Assembly: GCA_003569125.1 (NCBI GenBank)
Contig: BGOG01000003.1
Location: 49,315 to 113,314, forward strand
Length of the DNA: 64,000 bases
Source of the DNA: Acidimicrobiaceae bacterium
GTDB taxonomy: Bacteria > Actinomycetota > Acidimicrobiia > Acidimicrobiales > Ilumatobacteraceae
Direction: 5' to 3'
Shown here: piece after piece, positions 25,929 through 35,395 of the stretch
Numbering within the stretch: position 1 is the first letter of the stretch
Layout of the letters: each line of letters begins with the position of its first letter
Position numbers and translations under genes: made by a program
Notes under the pieces: generated by a model
Databases searched by the model: none
Seen by the model: the letters and a program-made list of their open reading frames with translations, nothing else
What the model was told of the DNA's origin: nothing

Positions 25929-26455
25929 TTATGCCGCTTCGCGTTGTTCGATGAGTGCCTTGATTCCGTAGGCGGCTTTTCGTGGCAATGCAGCAAGCAA
26001 GTTTGCTGTCTTTGACATTGGTGCTTTGAGCAAGCCAGCGAATTGTGCCAACATCACATCGCGCGGCGGCAAGTCGGCCAACGCTCGAAGTTCTTTTGCG
26101 TTGACGGCTTTACCTGCAACGACTCCACCCATTAAGACCAACGCTGGGTTTTCTTGGCGTGATCACGCAAAACTTTTGCTACGGCAGATGGGTCGCCTTT
26201 GACAAATGTGATCGCCGCTGGGCCCTTGAGGAATGCTTCGAGTTCGGCGACACCAGCTTCTCGCGCAGCAAATCGTGCAAGCGTGTTTTTGTAAACTTTG
26301 TATTCTGCGTTATGTGGATGCAACTTGCGTCGCAACGCGGCGAGCGATCCAACAGTCATACCCCGATATTCGGTGATGATCGCCGAATTTGCAGCCGCAA
26401 GTTTCTCGCGTACCTCTGCGACTACCGCGACCTTTTCAGCACTTGGATTTGCCAT
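25929..26455 (-). CDS. rplJ: 50S ribosomal protein L10 (reading frame broken once)
   Basis: ORFs 26132-26455 and 25929-26141. They join as ...VLRDHAKKNPALVLMGGVVAGK... if the tttt run at 26149-26152 is one base short. Confidence 0.9.
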
Positions 26456-26801
26456 GATTTATAAACTTTCTGATTAGTTAACGCTCGGGTGCTCAACGCA
26501 GTGCGGAACAACCCGGTCGACTCGCGCCAAACCAGATTCATTCACCTCGTTTGGCGAACCATTGCTAGTTCATTATCTTTTCGGTGACCATGTCGCGACT
26601 CTCGCCTCGACTAATCAATCAATCAGACCAAATTTCTGCGGTGGGCAACCTTTGCATTTCTGCTTAAGTTGCTATTACTAAACTTCTAATTCAAAACTAA
26701 TTGCGATTTCACGATATCGGCAAAAAACCCGCCTTACCAACTAGTCGCGACATTAGTTGCGACACTAGCCCCGACATTAGACCCGGTCAATCGCTATTCA
26801 A
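26456..26801 (-). promoter_or_regulatory. Long untranslated spacer upstream of rplJ (candidate promoter and L10-type leader)
   Basis: 346 nt without a convincing ORF. It contains an 8-bp stem cgccaaac/gtttggcg (26525-26556) and a 12-13-nt periodic CGACAYTAG array (26747-26780). L10 autoregulatory leaders are known elsewhere, but the structure is not verified here. Confidence 0.35.
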
Positions 26802-27531
26802 TTATTCACCAGCAACTAGTGCTGGGTCGATCTTTACACCAGGTCCCATTGTCGATGACATCGAAATCTTCTTGATGTATCGGCCTTTGGCGGCTGCTGG
26901 GCGGGTGCGGTTGAGTTCGTCAAGCACTGCTGTCACGTTGAGTGTCAACGCCGCAACTTCGAAACTCACTTTGCCCACTGGAATATGCACATTGCCATAT
27001 CGGTCGGTGCGGTATTCGACTTTTCCGCCCTTGAACTCGCCGACCGCGCGAGCAACATCTTGAGTCACTGTGCCCGTCTTTGGGTTTGGCATCAAACCGC
27101 GTGGCCCAAGTGCGCGACCGAGCTTGCCGACCAACGGCATCATGTCTGGTGTTGCAATCACGATGTCAAACTCCATTTTGCCATTTTCAATGTCTGCGGC
27201 GAGATCATCGCTACCAACAATGTCGGCACCTGCATCACGAGCTTGTTTGGCGGCATCGCCCGCTGCGAAAACTGCGATCCGAACTGTTTTGCCGGTGCCC
27301 GATGGCATCGAAACGGTGCCACGAACGCTCTGGTCTGTTTTACGTGGATCAACACCCAGGCGCACAGCCAGTTCAATCGTTTCATCAAACTTCGCCTTGG
27401 CTAGCGACTTAACTTTGGCTACTGCATCTGCTGGTGAGTGCAATGTTTCGCGATCGTATGAAGCCACCCGCGTTGCGATAGTTCTTACCGTGATTCTTGT
27501 CTATATTTTTCGCTGTCTTTTTTTCTGGCAT
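26802..27531 (-). CDS. rplA: 50S ribosomal protein L1 (reading frame broken once near the 5' end)
   Basis: ORF 26802-27467 begins mid-protein (ASYDRETLHSPADAVAKVK...). The upstream frame carries GGAGG-N4-ATG (27529-27531) and MPEKKTAKNIDKNHGKNYRNA. The joined reading GKNYRNAVASYDRETLHSP aligns with the usual L1 N-terminus if the ccc run at 27467-27469 is one base too long. Confidence 0.9.
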
Positions 27532-27655
27532 AAAGCCTCCCTCGTGTTTAATCCGATCAGATGAGGTTCTTCTGAATCAGGATTTTGTTTTTATGTTTAT
27601 TAATTCTTTTACTAGTCGACTATTTCTATCAGCCCCATCTATTAGCCAACTACGG

Positions 27656-28068
27656 TCAGGCCATTGAACGGGCTGTTCCGCGAACTTGTTGTTTGGCTGC
27701 CTCGAGGTCATTTGCATTTAAGTCTGGCATCTTGATTTTGGCAACTTCTTCAACATCTTTTTCAGTTACCGAACCACAAACTTCTTTGCCAGGGTTCTTC
27801 GATGCTTTTTCAAGACCAGCTTTTTGACGCAACAAAACCGGCGTCGGTGGCGTCTTGAGAATAAACGAGAACGAACGATCTTCGAAAATTGTGATTTCAA
27901 CTGGCACAACGGTGCCACTCTGTGATTCGGTTGCAGCGTTGTACTGCTTAACGAACTCCATGATTTGAATACCGTGAGGTCCGAGCGCTGTACCAACGGG
28001 TGGCGCAGGTGTTGCCTGCCCGCAGGAATCTGAATCTTGACGATCGCTTTAATATCTTTTTTTGCCAT
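27656..28068 (-). CDS. rplK: 50S ribosomal protein L11 (reading frame broken once)
   Basis: [17 protein letters not shown] (from 28068) continues as [27 protein letters not shown]... in the frame of ORF 27656-27961. A base is missing near 28013-28020. Confidence 0.9.
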
Positions 28069-28096
28069 GATGAATTTCTTTCTTGTGAGTTTCTAG

Positions 28097-28771
28097 TTAA
28101 AGCTTCGCGACTTGGCTGAAATCCATTTCGACGAGAGTTTCTCGACCGAAGATGTTGACGAGCACTTTGAGTTTCATGTGGTCTGCGTTGATTTCTGCAA
28201 CTTGACCCGAGAAGTCGGCGAACGGACCCTCTTTAACGCGAACGCCTTCACCGATTTCGTAGTCAAGTTTCGGCGCCTTGCGCTTCGGTGCTTCTTTGCC
28301 GTCACCTTTTGCCGACAAGAATGTTTCAACTTCTTTGCGTGACAACGGTGCAGGGGTCTTGCCTTTTGGCTCTGTCCTACGAAACCAGTTACGCCAGGTG
28401 TGTTGCGAATACAAAACCAGGTTTCATCATCCATTTCGCAACGCACAAGCAAATATCCAGGGAAAACTTTTTTCTGAACTGTTTGTTTGCGACCTTGCTT
28501 GAATTCAACGACGTCTTCCATCGGGATAACGATTTCATAAATGCGATCGGCAAGGTTGTAAGAAGCAATTCGTGCTTTGAGATTTGCATCAACCTTTTTT
28601 TTCGTAACCAGACTGCGAGTGAACGACATACCATTTGCCAGGTCGCAACCACGGGCGTTCGACTTCGCTATCGTCAACATCATCGCCATCTTGCGTCAGG
28701 TCAAAAGTTGCGTCGACGACCTGCGGGGTTTCGTCGTCGGTAGCAAGTTGAGTTGTTGTGTCGTCAGTCAT
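28097..28771 (-). CDS. nusG: Transcription antitermination factor NusG (reading frame broken twice)
   Basis: There are three frame segments: 28589-28771 (...KWYVVHSQSGYEKK), 28174-28689 (VDANLKARI...FPGYLLVRCEM...TPGVTGFVG) and 28097-28414 (KOW: EIGEGVRVKEGPFADFSGQV). Breaks are at the T8 run 28595-28602 and near 28371-28380. Confidence 0.9.
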
Positions 28772-28782
28772 TTCTTGGGTGC

Positions 28783-29089
28783 CTAATCTTTATAAAGCCA
28801 GCCTGAAAGTATGCCAAATGCGGCGTCTAATCCACCCACAAAAGCGGTAACAATTACAACCGGTGACCAGCACAATTATTGAATAACGGCGTACTTCAGG
28901 CCATTTCGGCCAAGCAACCTTGCGCATCTCGTCGCGGACTTCACGAATGTATTGAACAGGCCCGACGCGCTCTTTGACTGACTTTGTCGAAACCGTCGGT
29001 CGGGCTTGGCGAATTGGAGCACCCTGCTCGTTGACTTCGCCCATTTTTTGCATCGAGCGTTTTTGTTGACGGTTTAAATCCATTGACAT
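28783..29089 (-). CDS. secE: Preprotein translocase subunit SecE (probable frame break before the TM helix)
   Basis: ...IREVRDEMRKVAWPKWPEVRRYSIIVLVT. The listed frame then gives an unlikely Cys/Arg-rich end. The alternative frame gives a hydrophobic helix VVIVTAFVGGLDAAFGILSGWLYKD* ending at 28783. The break is at ccgg 28860-28863. Confidence 0.8.
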
Positions 29090-29201
29090 AGCGACTATTT
29101 ACCCTATCGGCGATTTAACGCCCAGATTGAGAGCTGCTAGTTAACCAAAAGCCCGCACTCCAGCGCGAGCTGGCTGGACGCAATAACTAAGCCTGCATTT
29201 G

Positions 29202-29274
29202 CAGGGCAGGAGGGATTTGAACCCCCGACCATCGGTTTTGGAGACCGGCGCTCTACCAACTGAGCTACTGCCCT
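29202..29274 (-). tRNA. tRNA-Trp (anticodon CCA)
   Basis: Minus-strand read: AGGGCAGTAGCTCAGTTGGTAGAGCGCCGGTCTCCAAAACCGATGGTCGGGGGTTCAAATCCCTCCTGCCCTG. It folds as a cloverleaf with a 7-bp acceptor stem and a CT-CCA-AA loop. No encoded CCA. The position upstream of secE is classic. Confidence 0.9.
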
Positions 29275-29336
29275 AAATTGCACTTGATTTACGCTCATCA
29301 CGATAGCCCAGCGCCTGCCGAGCGCACCAATGGCTT

Positions 29337-30560
29337 TTAATCAATCCAGTCTTGGTTGTCGCGCAAGAATTGTGCGCCATATTTAGACCAAATCTCGCCG
29401 TGAAAAATCTCTCGATCTGGTCCGATGATTTCTGAATACTTTTCCCAAAACTTTTGCTGAAGTTCATCATCAATTGCTTCGCTGATCCATTTACCTTCGA
29501 GTCGATCAAGCATCTCGAGCATTAGATCTCTAATTTCAGATGGTGTGTTGCTCTTGACCGACACTCCAGCCTTGGTGAATTGCGATGTTTCACCAAATCT
29601 GGCAACGCCACGCTCGCCCATCTCAGTGAGATTCAGGCGTTTGCCCGTTGCTGTGTCAATCATTGTTTTTGCAATACCCAAATCGCATGCGCGAGACGAG
29701 TAGTACATAAAAAATGGCGAATAGTTGACGTAGGCGTTTGGCCGACGAAACATCGCAGGAATCGCGTAGAAACCTAAACCGTCAGAAACATTAAATTCAC
29801 AGTGCGCACCGAGAAAGAGATCCATAAATTCACTCCGAACTTTTGAGTTCGCATAGTCGATCACACGTGGATTGCCCGAGATAAGAGGTTTTGAAACTAC
29901 TGATCCCATGCGCAACACAAATAGACCGCGATCTGCGAGCGCCTCGGCACCTGCCACGTAGTCATTTACGTCGCAGTTTCGAAAGTCGTGATATGACATA
30001 TCTTTTTCAGGAAATGCTTTTTTCGTGTAAGCCGAATCTCGTACGATAAAACAAACGAAACGATCGGTCGGCTTTATGCCTAACTTTGCAAGACCTGCAT
30101 GGCCTTGTTTGATTTGCGTTGCCGTGAATTTAAGGCGCGGAGGGTAGACGTCTAACAAATTGTGAACATCTAAACATGTCGCAGTTGTTTTATTGATCTG
30201 GTGAGCGGCTGCGCCGGGGATCAAATTATTGAATCGAAACACCGACACCATCAACCAATTTGGCCAGATATTTAAAACTTGCTTCCACATTTTGTGGAGA
30301 ACTCGATTGGCGATCGGCTCAGGTGCAAACCAAATGTCGATCGATCGTTTTGGCCGCGAGGCCACACCGGCTTCTTGTTCAAGAAGCCAAAGTTCAGTCT
30401 CAAGAGCGAAATGACCAATTCGATCGCTGCGCATCACGCCAATTCGAACCAAAAAAAACGGCCGAATCAGGCGAATCAACACGACAAAGAAGAGCGCGAA
30501 CGGCGTCGAGAGCGCTATCCGAATTAGTCGGCTGAGTCGGTTATACGTGTTGGACTTCAA
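29337..30560 (-). CDS. Membrane-anchored putative glycosyltransferase, paralogue 1 of 3 (uncharacterised family)
   Basis: N-terminal TM helix. Shares conserved blocks with the next two genes (e.g. FVLRMGS...VIDYANS...FMDLFLGAHCEFNVS). From memory it resembles the 'TIGR04372 family putative glycosyltransferase'. The start is uncertain (TTG 30560 or 30608). Confidence 0.55.
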   Translation of the reverse strand: MKSNTYNRLSRLIRIALSTPFALFFVVLIRLIRPFFLVRIGVMRSDRIGHFALETELWLLEQEAGVASRPKRSIDIWFAPEPIANRVLHKMWKQVLNIWPNWLMVSVFRFNNLIPGAAAHQINKTTATCLDVHNLLDVYPPRLKFTATQIKQGHAGLAKLGIKPTDRFVCFIVRDSAYTKKAFPEKDMSYHDFRNCDVNDYVAGAEALADRGLFVLRMGSVVSKPLISGNPRVIDYANSKVRSEFMDLFLGAHCEFNVSDGLGFYAIPAMFRRPNAYVNYSPFFMYYSSRACDLGIAKTMIDTATGKRLNLTEMGERGVARFGETSQFTKAGVSVKSNTPSEIRDLMLEMLDRLEGKWISEAIDDELQQKFWEKYSEIIGPDREIFHGEIWSKYGAQFLRDNQDWID

Positions 30561-30564
30561 AGTT

Positions 30565-31764
30565 TTAAGCCGTCCAGTGAGGATTATTGCGAAGAAACTC
30601 TGTACCAATTAATGGCTTATGGTCATTCACGCGACTCTTAATCCCTGAAGGCGAAAGTTGGTCATATAACGACCAAAACTTTTGCTGCAACAACTTTGCC
30701 TCATTCGTCGTCTGCCAGGTGCCATTTTTGCGCGCAAGCAGTTCTTGGGTCGCCAGGGTAATTTCTTGTGGAGTGTTTTCGATGAGAGTCAAGCCTGCAC
30801 GTTGATATTCATAACTGCTTGTGCAAGAACCGAGCGCATTTTTTGATGCCACAATTTCGCTGAACGACATAAACCTTGCTTCGTCTTTGATCCAATACTG
30901 TTTGGGGATTATTAAATCATTTGGTCCATACTTGCCGAAGTTGGCGATCGGAATATAATTTGTCAAAACTCTTGGCACACGAAAAATCTCCGGGATTGAA
31001 TCGAGCCCCAAAACTGTCGAAATAAAAATTTCGCAGTTGGCAGAAAGATACACATCTAGAAAATCGGTCCTCATGCCATTTGATGCGTAGTCGATTACCC
31101 CCGGCGTGTCCAACACAAATGGTCGCTCAACTTTTGCGCCCATTCTGAAAACAAGATAACCACTAGAAACTAACCACTCGGCAACGTTTCGAAAATTACT
31201 GATGTCGTTATTGCGGTAGTCATCATGCACGATGTCACGATTCTCGAACTGGTCTCGCTTATAAGACGAGTCACGAACTGCCAAACAGACAAACTTCTGA
31301 CCTGGCGTATGTCGAACAGAATCAAGAAAATCTTCACCTTGTTTTGATTCTGAATTCAAAAATTGGATATGAGGTTGCATCTTGGGGTACAAGCCGTAGG
31401 CATCGCGATCGTGATGCGAAATTGAAAATTTAGACCCGCCAGGAAGCCTTCGTGAAATTGCATCGGCATATCTGGTTATTGGTGAATTTGAAATCTTGAT
31501 TACGCGTGACCACATCGTGTCTAATTGATTGTTGGCAACCGCATGATCCGGGTTTCGATACCAAATGTCCACTACTTTTTGAGAGTCGCCATGAATTTTC
31601 GCATCTTTCTCGCACAAGTGGATTTCTACATTCGATGCATAGTGTCCGATTTCGTGACTCGGTAGCCGACCCAATTTATAGTTACGAAACGGAGACACGA
31701 AACGAATTGCAATCGCAACGACCAATCCCGCAATTATCTGAAACGACTTGAATAGATATTTCAT
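30565..31764 (-). CDS. Membrane-anchored putative glycosyltransferase, paralogue 2 of 3
   Basis: Start set to ATG 31762-31764 (MKYLFKSFQIIAGLVV), forming an ATGA overlap with the upstream stop. Shared blocks: LVFRMGA...VIDYASN...FLDVYLSANCEIFIS. Confidence 0.55.
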   Translation of the reverse strand: MKYLFKSFQIIAGLVVAIAIRFVSPFRNYKLGRLPSHEIGHYASNVEIHLCEKDAKIHGDSQKVVDIWYRNPDHAVANNQLDTMWSRVIKISNSPITRYADAISRRLPGGSKFSISHHDRDAYGLYPKMQPHIQFLNSESKQGEDFLDSVRHTPGQKFVCLAVRDSSYKRDQFENRDIVHDDYRNNDISNFRNVAEWLVSSGYLVFRMGAKVERPFVLDTPGVIDYASNGMRTDFLDVYLSANCEIFISTVLGLDSIPEIFRVPRVLTNYIPIANFGKYGPNDLIIPKQYWIKDEARFMSFSEIVASKNALGSCTSSYEYQRAGLTLIENTPQEITLATQELLARKNGTWQTTNEAKLLQQKFWSLYDQLSPSGIKSRVNDHKPLIGTEFLRNNPHWTA

Positions 31765-33290
31765 GCTTGGGCGAAGAGTCGATGGTTGTCGAGAAAACTC
31801 TGCGAAATCGGAAGCCCACCAACGGCACCTTCGTTCAGTCGAATGTTCTGTGCTTTGGCTTGATGATCGGTCATATCCCAATTATTTTTCTCGAATCTAG
31901 AAAACATTTCAACAGCCGCATCAACCAAATCTTGCGGTGAGTTATCGATGATTTCAAAATCAATGTTTTCATGAACTGTTGATTCACACCACGGAATCGG
32001 GGTTTGCAATGTATGTTGCAATGACATCGGCAACTGTTGACTTTTGAGTTTGTAGAGTTTCGGCACCATAAATGATCTCTCAAAAAACGAACAGTGCCCA
32101 TACGAGGAATAGTTCGTTCTGATTACGGGCGTGCCAAAGCACATCGGCACCTCTGAACCCCCAGAGTTCGTGGCGATCGAAAACTTTGCTTTGGCCCACA
32201 AGAAGACATCCATCCAGTCGACGCGCTCTACTGCGTGCGCATAGTCGACGACATTCTTCATTTCTGGTAGCGGTGTCATCAGCGGGCTGCCCATTCGAAT
32301 CACCCATCCGCCACGATTTACGATCTCGTTGATCATCGGAAAATAGGTCGAAATCTCGGCATTTTGCAGGCGGGCGTGTGCTCGATGGTCGCCTTCTCGC
32401 ACATGAATAACGACGAACCACGCATCGGACGCCAGCCCCCACCGTTTGAGAATCGACATACCTCGTGCCTCAATAGAGTCGGAAAGTTTGACAACCGGCT
32501 CGCGATGTTCTTTGCTCCATGCTTGGTTGGCAATATCGATTGCCGACCACTGATCAACGATTTTTGTCCTAAGTCGATATATCGGCACATGATCGACTAT
32601 CGAATTAAATTTTTGCGTGAATTTCTCGATTAGTTTTATGTCGCTTTGGATGTTCAAAATTTTGGGTAGAAAAAGTTTGAGAAGCGAACTGTTGGACGAA
32701 TATTGCGAATCATAAAGCAGAATTCTTCGTTCGTCTGAGAGCAGATTCAGTTCTCTGAGTTTTATCACCGCGTCAAGCAAAGAGATATGACCAAGTGGTC
32801 CAGTCCAACCGTTGCCAAGAAAGCGCAGTCGCGCTTCGTCTACCGACTGCTCTCGGGCTAGTTGCTGCATCAACTGATCTGCTTCGGTTGAAACCGCGAG
32901 ATATTTCTTCCATTCACCCCGAAGAAAGTGTGTCTGCGCGTGCGCCTGTTTCAACTCAAGCGATTTTGGAAACAGTTCTGCACCTTGACGATGTTTTTCC
33001 AGGGCTTCGGCGGTCTTATTGTCTCTAATCAGGGCTCTTATCGAGTTCAAAATATCTTCAACTTTGCTCGCCGCCAAAGACTCTGATTCGTCTGCTTCGA
33101 TAGTCCGACCGACACTGCTCACGAAGTTATTTGAAATCTTGGTCAGTTTTTTCCAAAATCGTCGATCTTGAAAACTAAATCGCGAAACAAACTTCAGCAA
33201 AGCCCGTAGTTTTGAAAACTTTTTAAGAAACGCGAGAAGGTTGCCATGACGCAATTGAAACAACTGCCGTCTTATTTTTTTAATCAACAT
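31761..33290 (-). CDS. Putative glycosyltransferase, paralogue 3 of 3, with extra helical N-terminal region
   Basis: Start set to ATG 33288-33290. The C-terminal half carries the shared blocks WVIRMGS...VVDYAHA...WMDVFLWAKAKFSIA. The N-terminal ~230 aa are helical and repeat-like. Confidence 0.5.
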   Translation of the reverse strand: MLIKKIRRQLFQLRHGNLLAFLKKFSKLRALLKFVSRFSFQDRRFWKKLTKISNNFVSSVGRTIEADESESLAASKVEDILNSIRALIRDNKTAEALEKHRQGAELFPKSLELKQAHAQTHFLRGEWKKYLAVSTEADQLMQQLAREQSVDEARLRFLGNGWTGPLGHISLLDAVIKLRELNLLSDERRILLYDSQYSSNSSLLKLFLPKILNIQSDIKLIEKFTQKFNSIVDHVPIYRLRTKIVDQWSAIDIANQAWSKEHREPVVKLSDSIEARGMSILKRWGLASDAWFVVIHVREGDHRAHARLQNAEISTYFPMINEIVNRGGWVIRMGSPLMTPLPEMKNVVDYAHAVERVDWMDVFLWAKAKFSIATNSGGSEVPMCFGTPVIRTNYSSYGHCSFFERSFMVPKLYKLKSQQLPMSLQHTLQTPIPWCESTVHENIDFEIIDNSPQDLVDAAVEMFSRFEKNNWDMTDHQAKAQNIRLNEGAVGGLPISQSFLDNHRLFAQA

Positions 33291-33969
33291 TTGCGATCTC
33301 TTGGGCGCGTTGATAACTCTCTGGAGTACCAATATCGATATAAGTCTTGTCGGTTTCGACGACGTAGATGCGTTTAAATAGTTTTGGTATCACCTGATTG
33401 CTGAAATCATGTTCGGTGGTAACGCTTGCTACCAATTCGCTAGACAAAACATACAGCGCCGCGTTGGCCAGGTTGCCATGATTCTCGGGTGACTTCTCAT
33501 ACATTTTTTCTAAAATATTCTGATCGTCCAGTTCAAGAATCCCACAGGTTTGCGGCGTATCGGTACGAAAAGCAAGCATCGTCATCAAACAATTTTTCGG
33601 CCGTTGAATGTGATGCTCAATTAGTTGAGATAGATCAACTTCTGAATAGTTGTCGGCGTGAATGAACATTCCGTCTTTGCCTTGAAAGAAATTTCGGTTC
33701 GCAACCAGTGTTCCGGCCGTGCCCAGAAGTTCTGGTTCGAAAACCGTTTCGACTTTTTCACGATATGCCGCACTGGCAATATGGTCTTCGACCAACTCAT
33801 GTTTGTAATGAAGATTTACAAGAATTCTTTCAACGCCAGCTTGTAGTAACGATTCGACCCAAATATCTAAGAGTGGTTTGCCTTTGATTGGTACCAAACA
33901 TTTTGGAACCGTGTCGGTTAATGGCCTAAGGCGAGTTCCGAGTCCAGCGGCGAGAAGAACCGCTCTCAC
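33280..33969 (-). CDS. Sugar-1-phosphate nucleotidyltransferase
   Basis: 229 aa with a GTG start. LLAAGLGTRLRPLTDTVPKCLVPIKGKPLL is the NTP-transferase G-loop. The size fits HddC/GmhD-type short nucleotidyltransferases. Confidence 0.8.
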   Translation of the reverse strand: MRAVLLAAGLGTRLRPLTDTVPKCLVPIKGKPLLDIWVESLLQAGVERILVNLHYKHELVEDHIASAAYREKVETVFEPELLGTAGTLVANRNFFQGKDGMFIHADNYSEVDLSQLIEHHIQRPKNCLMTMLAFRTDTPQTCGILELDDQNILEKMYEKSPENHGNLANAALYVLSSELVASVTTEHDFSNQVIPKLFKRIYVVETDKTYIDIGTPESYQRAQEIANVD

Positions 33970-35395
33970 TCCGCCAACTCGTGCAGAAGTTCGTTTTGGT
34001 TATTGGCGTGTTGCCAACTCGTCCAACTTGAATTGCCGCTGCCAGCGAGCCGAGCAACCCTGACTCCCACATGTTTGCGCCAACCGTCATCGCCAGCGAA
34101 GTCGCGACCAGCATGCAGTCGCCAGCACCAGCAACATCGTGCGGCGCCGAATTGAGAGCAGGTATCTGATCGGTCTCCCAGTCTTTGCCCCACCGACCGT
34201 GCAACAAAACGCCTTGTTCGCCGAGTTTTAAAGTGACACTTTTTGCCTCGGCGCTCAAACAAACCAACTGTGCAATGACGACGAGTCCGTCTTCGGTATT
34301 TCGCAACGCCAATCTGGCTTCGCGTTCGGTTGGGGTTATCAAGTCTGCGTTTTTGAATCTTGAGATGTCGCCAATTTGCGATGAAGATTGACTGTCGGCG
34401 ACTATTCGCATCTTGCTTTTAGTCGCGATCTCGACGAGTTGATCGACAACGTTCTGATGCAGACATCCATAATTAAAGTCCGAAAAAATCAGCAGATCAG
34501 CATTGGCGCAGGCTTTTTTGACACTCGCCACGAGATTTTTTTGGATCGGCTCATCCACCGAGCGTTGCACCAGATGACTGACGCGCAACAAGGTCTTACC
34601 GCGACTGCGAAAGCGCTGTTTGAGGGTTGTAGGTCTCGCATCGTCGACTATCAGTTCGTGCTCGACATTGAATTTGCTTAGTTCTTCGCGACAAAACTGG
34701 GCGGATTCATCATTGCCGACGACCGAGAAATATTTGACTTTCGCACCCAGCGAGGCAGCGTGGGCCGCGACGATCGCTGCTCCACCAATAAATTTTTTGC
34801 TCGAAATCGGTGTTACAACGATCGTTGGGTCTTCTTCTGACATTCCGAGTGGATCACAAGATATGTATTCGTCAACGATCGTGTCGCCGATCACCACCAC
34901 TTGCATATTTTTCATTTTTGAGAGTAACAGCAACAACGATTTCGTCGTTACTCCACGACGGGCCATAAAGTCGCCCGGCAAAGTGATCGTCTTTGGCTCT
35001 TGAATTGCCATCTCACGGCGAAGCAAATCGAGCGAAGTAAACACCACATCACCCGAACTGAACAACAGTTTTCCGCCGTAACTATCGACGGCTTCCTGCT
35101 CTGGGTTGTCTTTGGTTTTGTGCTCTTTGCCCTTGACGACTCGTGCTGGTTTAATTCGGCGAATTGCATCATTTACTGAATCGTCAATCAAGAAGGCTTC
35201 ATCGACTATCGCGTGCATCTTGACGGCCTCTAAACGAAACTCTTGCGGTACGTGTGCAGAAACACCGGCAACGCGATCACTCAAAACACCGACGACGAGC
35301 CTTTCGCCACTGTCTTTGGCGAATTTAAGCAGGCGCAAATGTCCAGGATGAAGAACATTGAAAGTGCCCGAAACAAAAACTGTGCCGTTCTTCAT
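33926..35395 (-). CDS. Bifunctional cytidylyltransferase-fold / PfkB sugar kinase protein (HldE-like domains in reversed order)
   Basis: The N-terminal part has GTFNVLHPGH (HxGH nucleotidyltransferase motif). The C-terminal part has VVVIGDTIVDEY... and DVAGAGD (PfkB kinase). The true stop may be 33966 if the tttt run at 33994-33997 is one base short. That reading gives ...TKNELLHELAE* and a GTGA overlap with the next gene. Confidence 0.8.
   Translation of the reverse strand: MKNGTVFVSGTFNVLHPGHLRLLKFAKDSGERLVVGVLSDRVAGVSAHVPQEFRLEAVKMHAIVDEAFLIDDSVNDAIRRIKPARVVKGKEHKTKDNPEQEAVDSYGGKLLFSSGDVVFTSLDLLRREMAIQEPKTITLPGDFMARRGVTTKSLLLLLSKMKNMQVVVIGDTIVDEYISCDPLGMSEEDPTIVVTPISSKKFIGGAAIVAAHAASLGAKVKYFSVVGNDESAQFCREELSKFNVEHELIVDDARPTTLKQRFRSRGKTLLRVSHLVQRSVDEPIQKNLVASVKKACANADLLIFSDFNYGCLHQNVVDQLVEIATKSKMRIVADSQSSSQIGDISRFKNADLITPTEREARLALRNTEDGLVVIAQLVCLSAEAKSVTLKLGEQGVLLHGRWGKDWETDQIPALNSAPHDVAGAGDCMLVATSLAMTVGANMWESGLLGSLAAAIQVGRVGNTPITKTNFCTSWRSESGSSRRWTRNSP

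Noticed and set aside
29273-29509. 78-aa minus-strand ORF spanning the edge of tRNA-Trp and the 3' end of the first putative glycosyltransferase gene.
   Set aside because: It overlaps a tRNA and a better-supported ORF in another frame, and has no motifs.
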